DNA from: Desulfosudaceae bacterium
Lineage (GTDB): Bacteria > Desulfobacterota > Desulfobacteria > Desulfobacterales > Desulfosudaceae
Length of the DNA stretch: 64,000 nt
NCBI GenBank assembly: GCA_963674745.2
Contig: CAXXDV010000003.1
Span: forward strand, 2,272,001 to 2,336,000
Direction of reading: 5' to 3'
The translations under genes were made by a program, and so were the position numbers. This document shows positions 62,476 to 64,000 of the stretch, piece by piece. Each line of letters starts with the position of its first letter. The first letter of the stretch is position 1. The notes beneath the pieces are model-generated. The model saw nothing but the letters and a program-made list of their open reading frames with translations. It was not told the DNA's origin and searched no databases.

Positions 62476-62922
62476 TTAATTTTTCGGACATTCTCCATAA
62501 AAAGCCATTTCGGGATAATTTGATCTCAAAATATTATAGATAATATTACATTCTTCTGAGAAATGTTTTTCGGGATCAACATTAAAGCAAGCGCTCTGAC
62601 TAAATTGGATAAATATTTCTTTTGACTCTTCTTCGCAAACACGTACTATTGATAATCTCGAAAAAGATTCTTTTTGTGCCTCAAACAATACAGGATATGT
62701 CCCCCCATATCCATCAGATATTGTATTATTCCCATCGTTTTGATTATCTTCAGATATGATGTATTTCTCCCGCTCAAGATCCTTGCTGAACGATGCCATA
62801 AATTCGGCGAGCTGATCTGCTGAGAAGATTTTATGGCCCGCAACATGAAAACTATTCATCTGAACGACACACGAACAACCAGCACAATATAATATTGTCA
62901 TTGTAAGTATGAATGGTCTCAT
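62476..62922 (-). CDS. Hypothetical lipoprotein, gene cassette
   Basis: AT-rich ORF, CAGC lipobox, flanked by complementary GTTAGAAAA / TTTTCTAAC. Confidence 0.75.
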   Translation of the reverse strand: MRPFILTMTILYCAGCSCVVQMNSFHVAGHKIFSADQLAEFMASFSKDLEREKYIISEDNQNDGNNTISDGYGGTYPVLFEAQKESFSRLSIVRVCEEESKEIFIQFSQSACFNVDPEKHFSEECNIIYNILRSNYPEMAFYGECPKN

Positions 62923-62928
62923 TGTGTT

Positions 62929-63052
62929 TTCTAACGTCTGCCACCACCAGCAAGCAGGGTTTGCAGACTTCGCTAAAGTGAGTTTAACTCTAAATTACGC
63001 CAAAACCAAGGCAGCCCGCCCCTGCGAGTCTGTGTGAGTGGCGTTGATAATC
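62929..63052 (-). other. attC site, family A copy 3, interrupted at R'' by IS110
   Basis: Aligns end to end with 58339-58463 and 59420-59543 until GATA. Confidence 0.85.
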
Positions 63053-63134
63053 ATTGAGCCTCCCCCTTCAAACAGCATACCATTATGCTGAGAAATTGGA
63101 GTTGGCAAAAACCAAAAACAAAGGAGGAAGCCCA

Positions 63135-64000
63135 ATGAAATTCTATACCAAACAGCACAAGTATTACTGCGGTATCGACCTTCACGCCAGATCACTGTAT
63201 GTCTGTATTCTGGACAGTGACGGTCAGGTTGTTTATCACAAAAAAATCAAATCAAAACCGGATGCACTCGAACGTGCGATCTCCCCCTTCCTGGACGATC
63301 TTGTCATCGCCGTGGAATGTATGTTCTCCTGGTATTGGGTAGCAGATTTCTGCGAAAACCGCAATATTCCGTTTATCCTCGGACATGCCCTTTACATGAA
63401 AGCCATTCATGGCGGCAAGGCCAAAAACGACAGGATCGACTCATACAAAATTGCCAGCCTGATCAGGGGCGGCAATTTCCCGGTGGCCTTTGTATACCCC
63501 GCCGCGATGCGGGCCACCCGGGACCTGCTGCGAAGAAGAATGCATCTGACGCGCAAACGGGGCGAACTCATCGCGCATATCCAAAACACCAACACCCAGT
63601 ACAACCTGCCGGAGATCGGAAAAAACTTAAAGTACAAAGCCAATCGCAAGCTGGTCGAAGATCGATTTGACGATCCCAGCGCCCAGAAAAGCATTGATCT
63701 GGATGTCCAGCTGATCGGCTTTTATGACCAGCAGCTTTCCAGCGTTGAATATCATATCCTCAAACATGCCAAGGGCCACGATTACCACAGCTATATGCTG
63801 TTGAAATCCGTTCCGGGCATCGGCGACATCATCAGCCTGGTCATCTTGTATGAAATCTACGACATCAGCCGGTTCCCGACCGTCCAGGACTTTGCCTCGT
63901 ATGCCCGGCTGGTCAAATGCAGGGCAGAGTCAGCCGGAAAAATCTACGGCACCTCCGGCGCCAAAATCGGCAACGCCCATTTAAAATGGGCCTTTTCTGA
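63135..64000 (+). CDS. IS110-family transposase (3' end outside window)
   Basis: Manual translation MKFYTKQHKYYCGIDLH..AVEC..KNDRID (DEDD), VPGIG, ESAGK..GNAHLKWAF; RBS AGGAGG. Confidence 0.93.
   Translation, partial: MKFYTKQHKYYCGIDLHARSLYVCILDSDGQVVYHKKIKSKPDALERAISPFLDDLVIAVECMFSWYWVADFCENRNIPFILGHALYMKAIHGGKAKNDRIDSYKIASLIRGGNFPVAFVYPAAMRATRDLLRRRMHLTRKRGELIAHIQNTNTQYNLPEIGKNLKYKANRKLVEDRFDDPSAQKSIDLDVQLIGFYDQQLSSVEYHILKHAKGHDYHSYMLLKSVPGIGDIISLVILYEIYDISRFPTVQDFASYARLVKCRAESAGKIYGTSGAKIGNAHLKWAFS

Noticed and set aside
58339..63052. 124-bp repeats as CRISPR, ncRNA or IS ends
   Set aside because: They are separated by whole genes and show attC R/L box geometry with cassette-end complementarity.

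Overview
This window looks like a chromosomal segment from a sulfate-reducer-type deltaproteobacterium; Desulfobacterales-like is an inference from gene order and repeat families. Bases 1-50.5 kb are mostly housekeeping genes: lptE, leuS, ADP-heptose genes, RNase E/G, yajC-secDF, dprA-topA, ftsEX-envC-ctpA, prmA, tRNA-Val(GAC), the ffh-rpsP-rimM-trmD-rplS-rnhB cluster, rlmN, ruvCAB and tol-pal. Their intergenic spaces hold GTAG-type REP doublets, a CTAG-flanked MITE and 7/8-mer tandem repeats. Bases 50.7-57.2 kb are accessory genes, including an MreB paralogue whose ATP-binding loops are degenerate. From 57.45 kb to the end lies the distal part of an integron-type cassette array read on the minus strand. 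It has five attC sites of three families plus one truncated attC, and no intI in view. Cassettes carry a PemK/MazF toxin-antitoxin pair, an ankyrin lipoprotein and two orphans. The most striking feature is a 2.3-kb unit encoding a non-IntI tyrosine recombinase split by an A_AAA_AAG -1 frameshift plus an IS91-like Y2 HUH transposase. This unit is built like a cassette with its own attC-like hairpin and sits inverted exactly in the R'' GTT/AAC core of a host attC. An IS110 element sits at the equivalent position of another attC.
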